A DNA stretch of 64,000 bases from Takakia lepidozioides (taxonomy: Eukaryota; Plantae; Bryophyta), in contig CM060732.1 in the NCBI GenBank assembly GCA_030704615.1, positions 75,392,001 to 75,456,000 of the forward strand. The letters run 5' to 3'. Shown here one piece after another: positions 51,871 through 64,000 of the stretch. Within the stretch, counting starts at the first letter, position 1, and each line of letters begins with the position of its first letter. Position numbers and translations under genes: made by a program. The notes under the pieces were generated by a model, which saw only the letters and a list, made by a program, of their open reading frames with translations, was not told the origin of the DNA and made no database searches.

Positions 51871-54800
51871 CAAAGCTTAGTGCAGATAAGCTGCCAAGAG
51901 AGAAGAAGCTGATAACATATGTGGAAGACCCTAAGGGCCTCAGTATTTCAATCAGGGACTTGCCCCTGTTGCCCTTAGAGAAAGAAATGAAATGAAATGA
52001 AATGGTGCTTTATAACGTCCGCGGAAAGCTCATAGAGCTTATGGGAGAAAATGGAAGAAAACATGAGAGAGGAACAAATCTAGAAACCACAATTAATGTT
52101 CTAGCGATTGTCTAAGGGTGAAGGCCTCGTACAGGTAGGCTGCCAAGCATTTTTGATCCTCATAGTGGAAGACATCAGTGAGAGTTTGGGTTCCACTGAA
52201 TAAACAGTGGAATCTCCCATGGATCTCGTAGTACAGAGGGCAGTAGAAGAAGAAGTGTTCTTCAGTTTCAATTTCCTTGCTGCGCCCTATGCAAGCTGGA
52301 CATAGGCGGTCCTCCCGTTGCAGGTTTTCCCATCTGCCAGTCTCTATCCGTAGGTTGTGGGACCCCACCCTGAACCGCCCCAATGCCCTCAGGAGGGAAG
52401 GAGATAAGGATGCTGAAAGGTAATTTGGTCTCAAGATTCTATCATCGCGGAGCACCAAGAATGTCTCTCGATAGAAGTGGAGCTTTGTCGTGAGATTGGG
52501 TAGCTTCCAAGTTCTCTTGACATGTAATTCCATAAGCTCTCTCCTAATGAGTCTGTTGCGGTCATGTCTGGATGTGATGTCCACCTCATCTGGATTCATT
52601 GGTAAGAGGAAAGCAGTAGAAAGTCCGTTACGTTGAAATAAACTGTCCACTCAAGCATACCAGCAGTTCCTGAAACCTGCAGCTTTGAGCCTCATAGATG
52701 TTGTGAGGGCCCTTGCCACGAGCCCCTTGGGTGGAAGGGCCTGTAATCTATGGAGAAAGATTGTAAGCCGGAAGAGGGCCTTGGATTGCAATGGTACACA
52801 TGCGAACTCTGCACCTAGGATCTGAGATGGAGTTGTGCTCCTGGCGCCAAGCATTGCTTGGAGAAAAGATGACTGTAATGGTTCCAAATTCTTTTTCCAC
52901 CAGGAGACAGGGGACACCAGATGCCCAGAAACTCACAACCATAGATGGTAGCAGGGGCTGACGACGTGTCAAACAGCCACTTTTTGGTTGGGGGATGACG
53001 CAGATGTATTTGCTTGCATTTGGCCTGAAGGCGGACGGAGGCTGCCTTACCTTTAGTCAATCTGTCCAAGGCAGTGGCTGCAAAGTGAAACTTGGGGGAG
53101 TGGATAACCAGACCCAGGTACCGGTATGATTTCACAATCTCAATTTCCTGCTGGTTGAAGATGAATCTACGATCAGCCTGGCCATTGAAGACCATGATCT
53201 TGGTCTTGCTAAGATTGACTTGCATCCCATAGTCTTTGCAGAACTGTTCCAAAATTTTGAGATGGCGTTGCAGGAAGACCGTGGATTGTGCCAAAAGGGC
53301 AACATCATCAGCGTAGAGGAGATCTGATTGTGTTGGTCCCCCATCCAATGGTACCCCAACCCCATGGTTTTTGGATATGTAATTCTCCAAGGCGTCAATG
53401 TAGATCCCGAACAGGGTAGGTGAAAGGGGGCAGCCCTGTTTGACTCCAATGTTGCTGTGGACCTCAGCTGAGAATTCACCAGCGACGTTGACTATGCCAG
53501 TGACAATCTCATACATAGAAGAGATGGCACAAAGGATGTCTGGAGGGACTTCCACTCTATGGAGCCGTTGGAAGAGAAGGTCCCGAGGAACTGAATCAAA
53601 GGCTTTGTGAAAGTCCACGAAGCAAACATAGACCATTCTTTTGTCAGATCGTGCACTTTCCACCATAACCTGAAGAGTGAAGATGTGGTCAATAGTGGAT
53701 CTGTTGCGACGGAAACCAGCCTGTCCCTCAGCACGAATGTGAGAGGACTCAGCCCAGTCATCCAGTTCCATGGCCACTACTGCCCCAAACAGTTTAGCAA
53801 GTAACGAGGACACCATGATAGTACGATAGTTGGTCGGTGCGAGCCTGTCACCGCTCTTGAAGAGTGGGTGGATGATGCTCTTTGTCCACTCTGTTGGAAA
53901 GCCCCGTTGCACTACCTCATTGAAGAGGTTAGCTACAAAAGGGGCTAAAGTAGGTGCAGCATGCTTGATGAAAGAAAGAAAGAAAGAAACCTTATGACAT
54001 CCATAGAGGGGCATGATGGGCCATGGGACAAGGTAGAACGAACCAACAACCACTTTAGCATAAATCGACTATTGCCTAAAAACAACGTGCCTCAAGTAGG
54101 GGGAAAGAGAGACAGAGATAGAGACATTACCAGTGGGCATCCAGCTTTTCCGTATGGCATCTCGCCGAGAGCGACTACCAAAGCTGGTGCTGATACCCAC
54201 AACAGCATGGTAACGGATGTTGGTTTTGGTTATGTTGCCAGAAAGCTCATACTTGGGCATGTAACCTTGACTTTTGGCAGCCGTCAACTCCATTTCCAAA
54301 TCTGCCAGTCTTTTTTGTTGCTCCCTGTGACAAAATCCAATACCAGCTAAGGCCATCAGAGGCTTCCGGAGGAACCATTCTCCTGTCCTCCTTTTCTCTT
54401 CCTACAAGATCCGTTAATATTACGGCTACCTGAAAACTTAGATGTCGATTGTTGCAGTCAGGAATTCTGTACTCATCAGACAGATAAATGACACATGCGA
54501 CATGAAGGATCACACTCACTTGCAGTCGAGCAGCTTCATTGTTTCATCAACTGATAGTGATCCACTCTCCTGAAATGACAGTGACAAACAAAAGGAATCC
54601 AAGACGATAATTCTCAAAACATGGCATGGGTATTTTATTTCTCGTTAGCATTACTGCCACACAATCAGAGAATAACCTAGGCCATGCCGTAGAAAGAGCA
54701 CAAGGTAATGCAGTTGTCAGGAAAATCCAGTAAATAAGGGAATGAGAGAGCAAGAGAGAGAGAGACGCACACACACACCTGCCCATCATGCTTCTTAGAA

Positions 54801-57800
54801 AGTCTAACAAGAAGTGATGTCATCTCTGCATCCTGCCATAACCTGCCACTCACCACACACACATGACAGAGAGAGCAATTACTGCATCAAAACAGAAAAG
54901 AGAGCCCCAATGCACCACTTTAGACCAAGCCTTTCAACTCTTCTAAACAGGAAAATACTCTAATGAGGCACAAAAGCCAAAGTAAATGTCCTCACCACTG
55001 CTTTGGTGAGGAGATTGAGGCACTGTCGGTTTTTGAAACTTAAGGAACAAACTTGAAGATTCACGCAGGTACGGGTTTGACAATCTCAACCTTGACCACA
55101 AATGCGAAGTCACCACTTTACTGCCACCAATAAAAATGAGCAGCTTACGTGCATACAGAAGTGAGGGAACAGTAGCAACCCACAAACAGAGGAGACCAGC
55201 ACCAGATCAACCACACCAATAGATGCAAAGACTGGGAGATGCCTCTATGATTGACTGACATACATTCAAGCTTGGCAGCCATTCCCTATCGCTGTGAGTA
55301 ACTCCTGCTTGAATGCTACATTGTCTAGCAGGTGTCTAATCATAGCGACACACACACACTCTAGCTCTCTCTCTAATCTGGTTTGGCCTTGTCCACTACT
55401 TTTGACTCTACTTCTTCCATTGATCAGATGTTCAGAGGGATAATACAGATCCTCTGAAATTAGGGTTCTGTATATGAAAAGTGAAGGAGACAGCTGTCAT
55501 GGCCAGCTAGACACTACTTAAATTGTACTTCAAGAGTGCAAACAGGAATCCCTTACTATTTTCTTTGCAGTAATCTTGTTGGTGTAATACTGCAATGCTA
55601 TGCTCATCATCTAGACACACTGGTCCAGTTTCCTTTGCCTCTCATGGTGGACATGGATAATAACTAGGTGAGGCTGTGTACCTGGGGTTCCACAGGGATA
55701 ACTAACATGTTGGTTTGTTGCTTGGATGTGATGGACCAGGTGAGGCTTCACCTCTGCCTTGATAGCAAGGAGTGGCTGCTTTCTAGTGAATTTCTTTTCC
55801 AGCCTTGTAAATAGGTTTGATTGCTTAGCTTACGAGTTTAGGATCCACATGAAAGGTGTTTTCTCAATATGCTGGCTGATTCTTCTATGGTATGGTGTTA
55901 ATATCTATCATAGCTCTGAAATACATGTGATCAGCAGCTATGGCTTTGGCTTCGGTAGTATCTGATATGGCAGTCCTGATTAATTAGTGCTGGACTATCA
56001 AGGTGGTGTAAACCTCTATGGTTGTGGGAACCAAAAGAGACTTGGTCTCTACTTCCCCACCCACCACCCTGCGGACTAGAGGTAAGCTGAAATGAAAAAG
56101 AGCATGTAAAGTGTGATGGGACCTGTTTCAGGCAGATGATGTCATTGAAATTCTTGACTGATTTTGTATGAATCAGTCATCCTGTCTTGACATGACAACA
56201 GTAACCTCTCTCTCCCTGCTCGTATTGCACTACAGTGTGACTAGATGTGAGACGACAGATATATTTGTTTTATCTGTGTAATGTAGAGGCTACACTGGCA
56301 GCATGATGCTAACATCATGCCTTTTAGTTAATGCCAAAGTGAGGCTTTATAATGGAACACCCCATACGCTATCTCGTGTGGCAAATGATGGTTGGTTGTG
56401 CACAACTGGTATCGCAATTTTGGGTTCGATTCTCCTATCTCATGAATTTACACCCTTCATGTTAGAAGGTACAAGCACTACAGCCCCAAGGGTCAGCCAT
56501 AGCCAAGTTTTCCTTTCTTTCTCTTTCTTTTGCACTCTTTTGCACTCAATCTGGCAAATGCAAAGCATTGGCACTAAATATTTCCACTGCAGAGGGATCA
56601 ACTCTGAGGTTAAAAAAAACCATACTTTGCCACGTTATTAGGCCTACCTTGGAGTACGCATCTGCAGTGTCGATTGATAACTCCAACCAGGCAATTCTCT
56701 AGAATCCATTCAAGTGGGGGTGCTCAAGGAGGGCGAGTCAGCATGCTCCACATAGTTAAGTGGCTGATAGGGGTGAGTTCCTCCCTTAAGCTCCCGACAA
56801 GATGAATTCAAGTTCAGATGGTGGGGTCAGCTGCAACATATGACTAATACCAGATTTCCTAAGATAATTGACTCTACATCTTGGAAGCAGGATTGCCCTG
56901 TCAAACAGGCTAAGTCCTGGCAGAGGAAGGGTAGAAGAGATTTTCAAGGATCTGAATCTAAGTCCGCAAGTGTTGACCCTGCTGGATAAATCTGACTTAG
57001 AGGCTGTAGTGTCCAAATCCATGTGTGTTGCCAGGAAATTGTCTGATGAAAATGAAGTTAGGCAGTAGACTTCCCTGAACTTGTTTCCAGTCTGTGACAT
57101 GGGTGAGGCCATCATGGATGACCTCAAGGGTTTACCCACTCTCGGTACTAACTGAAATACTCGGGGTGGGAAGCCTACCTTTGAACAGCAAACAGATGAA
57201 GAGAGGAAAGGGGGATTGCAAATGCCCGTTGTGTGGGCAACCTGAAGACAATATCCACTTTCTGATTCATTGTCCTGAGTACTCTCACTAGAGAGACAAC
57301 CTCTTCAAATCCATCAAGGGAATTATTCCTGTACCTCTGTTTACCGACTTTGAAAATCTCGATGCTGAGCCAAAAGCCCAGGCCGTTTTGGGGTCTAATT
57401 ATTGGGCAAATCACACACAGCAGATTGATGTTTTTGTGAAGGAATTTCTCAAGGATATCTGGAAAACTCGGATCAACGGTCTGTTTCAAGGTAAGTCATA
57501 CTATCAGTGTCAGCCCCTGACAAAGGTAGTTTCTGTCCCTCGGTGTTCCGCTCAAACTGGGTGTGGGGTCAAGGCCACAAGGCTACGGCAAACAATGTAA
57601 ATTCGTTTGCACTCTTTTCGTCATGGACAGGACATACGGGAGAGACACTGACTTCTCAATCTGCATAAATAGCCTGTTTGTGCTTCCAAATTCTGTTCCA
57701 CTTGCAGCACAATAAACAGATGTTTAATCGCTCAACTTGTAGTTGCTGCAAACCTTACTTTCCCATCTACCTACTCACCTTTTCCACTCATAGATATGCA

Positions 57801-60759
57801 CCATTTTACGACGAAGAATGCAAACTTGCCAGACAGCATATCAAATTACTACTCCTTGACACCCATTCTTCTGTAGAAGTACAAACCTAGCCCCCAAGCA
57901 CTACAAGTCTCTCATCAGATCTTAATGACTTTCCAACAGAGTGGACAAAAAGTATTAACCACCCCCTATTCGAGAGCGGTGACAAGCTCAAACGGACCAA
58001 TTATCGCACAGTTACAGTTTCTTCATTGCTGGCTAAACTGTTTGGGGCAGTTGTGGCCATGGAACTTGATGGTTGGGCAGAAACTTCTCAGCTTCACACT
58101 ACTGGGCAAGCAGGCTTCTGGCGCAACCAATCCTTGACCTTACCTTCACGCTTCAAGTATGGTAGAACGAGCAAACTACAACAAATAAATGGTATATGCT
58201 TGGTCAGGGACTTCCGAAAGGCTTTCAATTCAGTCCTCGAACCCTTCTTCTTGAAAGATTACACAGGATAGAGGTCGCTGGACATCATATGGGCCATTTT
58301 ATCCATGTACAAGACTGTCATTGGCATGGGAAGGTGGCAGGGGAGTTCTCAGCAGAGGTGCACAGCAACATTGGGGTCAAACAAGGCTGCCCTCCCTCAC
58401 CTACCCTGTTTGGAATCTACATAGAAGCTTTGGAAGGATTCATTGCAAAGATGGGTGCCTTTGGATGGGGGACCAACACAGTCAGTACTTGTCTACGCTG
58501 ATGATGTTGTTCTCTTGGCCCAATCTCCTGTCTTGCTACAACAACACCTTGGCATCCTGGAAGACACCTTCAAAGACTACAGGCTGCAGGTCAACCAAAG
58601 AACAACTAAGATCATGGTGTTCAATGGCCATGTGGATCAGAGATTCCTCTTCAACCATTGAGGTCATGAAACCATACACATACCTGGGGCTGGTTGCCCA
58701 CTCACCCAGAATTTCAGTTGCATCGACTGCTATGGACAGATTGACAGAGGGCAAGGCTCCCTCCACATGTCTTCAGGCTAAATGCAATCAAATACACCTG
58801 CCCCACCCCCCCCACCAAAAAGTGGCTCCATGGCTCGGTTGTCACCCCTGCCACCACTTAAGGCTGTGAGTTCTGGGCAGCTGGTGTCCCAGTTTCCTGG
58901 TGGGAAAAAATTCTGGAACCACTGCAATCAGAGTGCTTGGAGCTAGAGGTACAAACCATCACAGATTCTATGTGTGGAATTTGCATGCGTCCCACTTCAA
59001 AGCAAGGCCATCTTCCGGCTTACAATCTTTCTTACAAGTTTACAAGCCCTTCCATCCAATGGGCCGACAGCCTGGGCTCTCACAACATCTATCAGGCTCA
59101 AAACCGCTGGTTTTGAAGCACTCTTGGTGTGCTCGTGTCCAACTTTTTTGAGGGCAATGGACTCTCCGTTGCTTCCCTACTGTCACAAAACATGGAGGGG
59201 GCGGAAACTGCGTCCAACCAAGACTACAATAGATGCATCAGGAGAGAACTTATGCAACTGCACATCAGGCAGACATGGAAACCAGCCACTCTAACAACAA
59301 AGTGCACTTCTATCAGGAGACATTCTTGGTGCTCCGTGACAATAAAATCTTGCGGCCTAATTACCTGTCTGCAGCTCTATCTCCCTACCCTCTGAGGCCT
59401 TGGGGAGGTTCAGGGTGGGTTCCCACAGTCGGTGGATAGAGACTGGCAGGTGGGAAAATCTGCAACGTGAGCACCGTCTATGCCCTGCTTGTAAGGGAAC
59501 AACAGGGAAGTAAAAAGTGAAGAACATTTCTTCTTTCACTGCCCTTTCTACTATGAGATCTGTGGGGAATTCAACTGTCTGTTCCAGGATACCCAATCTC
59601 TAAACGGAGGTCATCAGAATGCTTGGCAGCTTACCTGCATGAGACGTTCAACTCTTAGACAATCCCCTGAGTAATGGTTGCTTTTGAGTTGCTTGTGGCC
59701 CCTCTCTCTTTCTTGTTTCTTTCTTCCTCTTGTCCATAAGCTCTTTGAGCTTCCGGCGGACTTTATAAAGTACCATTTCATTTGAATACCCTGCTTCAAA
59801 CATTTGAGCTTTTGCCCCACACAAATCCATATTGTAGCTCACTAGATAGGCAGTAGCTACAGTAGTCTTTCGATAGTGGCATCATTTCTGACCGCCATAT
59901 GAGTGTTTAATCAAGAAGCAAATGCTTAAGGTCAATCCACTATGGCAGCGCCTGCAATGTGCCCAGCACACATGTCGAGCACAAGACAACAATCCAGGGC
60001 CTTAGCATGGGTTTGCATTTATCTTGGACGATCAGTGAAGCCAAATCCCCAGGACGTGATATGCATAAAGGAAAATTGTGTGTGTGTACTTTCCCTTTCA
60101 ACATTCAAGAATCATACCAGACTATCCCGAAGGATTTACTAGCAGCTGAAAGAGCGTACGTGAGTATCGGACATGTAATTCTGGAAGGCTTATACCACAT
60201 GCTCCTGCGGACTCCAAATTTGTGTGTCCGAGAAAACTTTGAACTGACACTCGACGGAACCACAGAGGGGCCGATAGAGGCCCAAAAAAAAGGATCGAAG
60301 ACAAGGCATACAAAATGTACGATCCTCGGGGAAACATTGCCCTTGCAATTACAGGCACTGACAGCTACCGTCAACACTCAGTGTGCATCTGGGTGAAGTC
60401 GTCACAACAGCAAACACCGAACCTTGATGCGGGTTGCTGGAAATGCAACACCAGTGCCATTCTTCACTGCTCATTCCACATTGGCAACCTCAGCCTCAGC
60501 TGGGGGGAACATCGTCCCCTTTAGCCTGTGCAGGCAGAAAGAAAAAGCAAAACAGACAGAAAAAAATAAAATACGTGAACCACCCACAAAAACTATACAG
60601 ACATACAAATACAGAGGCATGAATGACGCACCGGCCAGCAGTATAGAAGCAGGCGAAGAAGGAGAGCATGAGCATCAAGAGGCTGCCCATGCTGCCGCGC
60701 GCCATGGAGGCCTGCTGCACCCTGCTGCTCCTCGCGCCCCCGCTAGTTCCTCTCACCAT
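47549..60759 (-). CDS. GT31 beta-1,3-galactosyltransferase, hydroxyproline-O-galactosyltransferase (HPGT)-like, ~11 exons
   Basis: Exons: 60759-60632 (TM, FYTAG), 54842-54779 (RLWQDAE), ~54570-54520 ([11 protein letters not shown]), ~54325-54130 ([24 protein letters not shown]), ~51625-51581 ([13 protein letters not shown]), ~51340-51268 (SANRGD), ~50250-50127 ([12 protein letters not shown]), ~49888-49800 ([10 protein letters not shown]), ~49605-49560 ([10 protein letters not shown]), ~49185-49115 ([10 protein letters not shown]), ~48985-48873 ([10 protein letters not shown]). The last exon, 47637-47549, is tentative. Confidence 0.92.
51985..53970 (-). mobile_element. 5'-truncated LINE (RT + C-terminal Zn finger) with (ATTTC)n tail, intronic
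   Basis: [45 protein letters not shown]; [31 protein letters not shown]. The tail reads gaaatgaaatgaaat at 51985-52003. Confidence 0.95.
56780..57600 (+). mobile_element. LINE 3' remnant of a second family
   Basis: [22 protein letters not shown]; homologous to 28100-28680. Confidence 0.7.
57925..59785 (+). mobile_element. Decayed copy of the 51985-53970 LINE family, opposite orientation
   Basis: [55 protein letters not shown], and the same 3' end CCATAAGCTCTTTGAGC..ACCATTTCATTT. Confidence 0.92.
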
Positions 60760-62699
60760 GGCTGCTCTGCTGCAGCATTGTCAGGTGTTCTCAGTGGAGC
60801 ACACGGATATGGCGTCCCGCTGCCGCCTTCTCCAGAAAGGTGACCACCACCTCCTTTCCCAAAACTACAGCAATTTTATAAGTCCAAAAGGCGGCCACCT
60901 ACCTTGTAGCCTAGTTCATCTCGGAGCAAACAGAAATTTGAGCTCAGAGCGAACATTCTGTGTGCATCCCAAGTCCCCATATGGGGCGTCTTCAGCAGCA
61001 CATGTTACTTCCAAGGAGGTAATACAGTATGACATAAGTTGGTGTGTCTGGAGATCTAACCTCCCTGAGAAACCAACTATGTATTCACCAATGTTACTGT
61101 AAAAGTTGCAAGTAGTTATGTCATATATCTGCAAACATGTATGTATCTTGTTGCATGGAGTGAATAGGAAGAAAGAAAACTGACAATATCAGATGTATTG
61201 TGTATTACAGATCCAGTCTCATGCCCAAAAGTGCCCTCTTGTGGTCTTGTAATGAGGTAGATTTGTTCGTGCTGCCACCTACTTGTCATGGCAGGGAATA
61301 GAAACAACAGTACCTATCCCCCAAAAACCTCAAAGTGGCTATGACAGTTTGTGTGCATTTGCCAGTCCTCTTGTATTTCTGTCAACCCTCTTATACACCT
61401 AAAAGAGAGATTGATCCATGGGCTGCATAATCTCCTCGTACAGAGTCCTGAAACACAGGAGGTGCCAACACATGTTTCAGTTGAAACCCCATCTTGGCGA
61501 GTATCAGTGGAGGAGATACCCAATTGCACAAGGGACTCTTGCAGATTGAAGTTAGAAAGTGGGAACAAAGGCTAAGGATCGCATATTCACATGCATAGGT
61601 CCCCGAGAATAACAGAGGTAGAGAGAGAATGGGTCGAGAATCTACTATGTTAAAGTTTTCAGTGATTTTTCCGTATGGTGTGGAAGCAGCTAAAGTCCCA
61701 GGCATTATTCCATGAACCTGCAGTTTCCAATGGTCTCTGATAGTAACCCCTGAGATGGTCATTGCATCAGTTCTGGAAAGTCCGACTACCAATAAGTAAA
61801 GTAGCTCTAAAGAGCAAGTGTGACTGGAGAGGAACGTTTCAGCACATTCAGTTTGTCGGTGATTCGAGTTTGCTGAAGTTTCACTGTCAGAGACTCACTA
61901 GCTCAAGTGCAGAGTACATTCCACAAAATTCTAATGGATCTCATCAGATTCAGGGTTGAAACCAGATTGTAGGGAACGCTTGTAGCAATTCTTGACCATG
62001 CTCTTTGATCACATAACAAAGGTACTGCGTGGATTGAAAGCGAGAAACGAAAGCATCACATTGCAGAGAGCATGCTGCCAGATTCCACTCTTCTTGTGGA
62101 GAGGGCCAAGCGCAGACTCCACACTTTCTATTCATCCTGAGAATCCATCGCTCACTTTTGTAGTGACCGACATCAAGGACGTCATGTAACCTCTGTCTGA
62201 AACACGCTCTTTTCTCGCGAAAATGAGAGTCTGGCTAGAGTTTGTTGAGAATCATTGATGTGGAACATCGGAGGCTATGGATTAAATTAGTTGTCCAATG
62301 GCTCACATTCGCTACAACTACTTGAACAGAATACTCAGACTGAATTGCTGCAATAGTATGTTTCTTTCCTTTGGAATCCAAACCATCATTTGAACCCATT
62401 GGAAGCTTTGAGGGGGATTGCTGGATAGATTGTGAGAATCTCTGATCAGCTCATGCGATTTGGGCAAATTCTCTTCTTCTGGAGGCAGTCAATTCACTTG
62501 TGGCACAGGTGTCTCCCACCATCTCTTTGCTGGTGAGACTCGACCTGTGTTATGCCCTGCTCGACTAAAGGTTTTTAAGGAGTGGCTACACCAATGACAT
62601 GCACAAATCCATCAAACTTGACCTCTGCTTGATGACCCTTCCAACAGGATGTGCAACATAGACTATGACATATGTTTTACAGCCCACCTAGATCCACAT

Positions 62700-63600
62700 G
62701 TAACAGGTTTATTTGCTCCCGTAATATGGGTATCTGATCCTTATGGATTTGCTTGAAAAAATAACCTGTGGCTCCAACAAGAGCGCTGAGGGTTTCGACC
62801 CCGTCCTTCCACGGGGAATGTGAATGACATACTACATATTCCACTCAAGTTATAATCAATTTTGCAATCTTGCCTACAAATGTATCTGGTAAGTTCCAAA
62901 TACCTGATCCACCCAGCTCCATGTTCACTGAGATCATCCAACTAGGTTGCCATGAATAGAGACACAGGCAGAGTAGCCAATGACAAAAAAATCCTCCAGA
63001 TCACAAAATCTGTAATCTGGAATGATGTATTGAAGGATCACAAGAAGTTATCCCATAGCCCTCAAGAGTCTAACAAAGTGCTGCTCCTCATCGACAAAGA
63101 CACTTCAACGGTAAATTATGAATTTCCGAACATAGCCCTACATAGAGGAATAATGGACCCACTTCCAAACTTTCACCAACAATCACTGTTTTCTTGAAGT
63201 ACAGAGGAAGGAGAAAGCTGCACACACGTTTTTATCAATGTTTTTTTGACATTGAACTTCATGCATATTCTAATGCTAATTAACTCATTTGCAAGTCTGT
63301 CAATTGTCATTGGAGGCTGGGTAACGACAATCTAAAAACCCTGATAAACGACTAAGCAAGGGATTTCAAATAGAAGACCAAAACTGGGAAAGTGCACTTG
63401 ATTGCAGTAGCTCAAGAGCACATGACAATTACCGAACTATTCAACAACCGCCAATAAGTCAGCCACACGGCAAAAGCAGATCTTCTCTGGTGTTCCCAAA
63501 TCCGCCTGTATTTCAAAGACGACAAGATGGATAATATAGTAAGGAAAAAGTGGTGAGGGATAAAAAGTGGTGGCTCATTTTACGAGCCACCATTGAGTCT
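62700..63600 (+). mobile_element. Possible highly decayed L1-like RT remnant
   Basis: Only weak motif echoes (GFRPRPST; VLLLIDKD..TVNYEF) and many stops. Confidence 0.3.
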
Positions 63601-64000
63601 TTCCCAACTGTACAACCCAGTATAAACTAGAAGGTTCAATATAGATGAATGGTTCACAGGCCTAACAATGACTTGTAAACAACCAGTCTTAGTGCTCTGA
63701 TACTAGAGAGAGGCAACTGCCGCACTGCCATTAACATGTACTCATAAGACATTGTTATAACCTTGTGGCCATAGACCCCACGCTCAGTTTGGGCAGAACA
63801 AGAAGGACAGACACTACCTTTGTGTGGGGCTCACTCCAATAGTCGTACTGCAGTTAACAAAGATTTAACAAAGATAACGCAAGTGAAGATGACTACGAAA
63901 AGGAGATTTCATGGGAGTGTACCTCATAGGCATTAATGTCGGAGAACAGGACCTGCATTTTTCAACAACCCACGGGACACCACAGAACGCTTAATGTTTG

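Noticed and set aside
55150-55282. First exon of the galactosyltransferase
   Set aside because: 60759-60632 gives the expected TM segment ending FYTAG-R with the correct splice phase.

Overview
Eukaryotic, intron-containing and transposon-dense DNA, most consistent with a non-seed land plant (inference from the gene and TE families present). The left 23 kb is nested. A ~15.5-kb Mutator-like element (MULE, 2595-18089; imperfect TIRs, 9-bp TSD) sits inside a 16-unit, 116-bp hairpin tandem array. That array lies in an intron of a ParB-like (DGNHR) gene. The MULE carries a GCM/WRKY-like + MULE + SWIM transposase and a paralogous ParB-like gene whose C-terminus resembles an N4C/N6A DNA-methyltransferase. 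The paralogue has its own palindrome array, with the same TGCGTTGMCGCA core, in the equivalent intron. A chromovirus (Ty3/gypsy) inserted into that gene and was then rearranged by two inversions. The middle holds two CACTA elements (one with a divergently oriented TnpA-like gene carrying an FCP1-like phosphatase domain), a duplicated OSB-PDF/PPR pseudogene, gypsy and pogo remnants and a GGGTTACA repeat. The right part has a PLS-class PPR gene with a half OSB-PDF motif at its N-terminus and a multi-exon GT31 (HPGT-like) galactosyltransferase gene whose introns contain LINEs. The best candidate for an undescribed system is the transposon-borne ParB-like/MTase-like gene paired with intronic palindrome arrays. 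All copies here are decayed and no MTase catalytic motif was seen.
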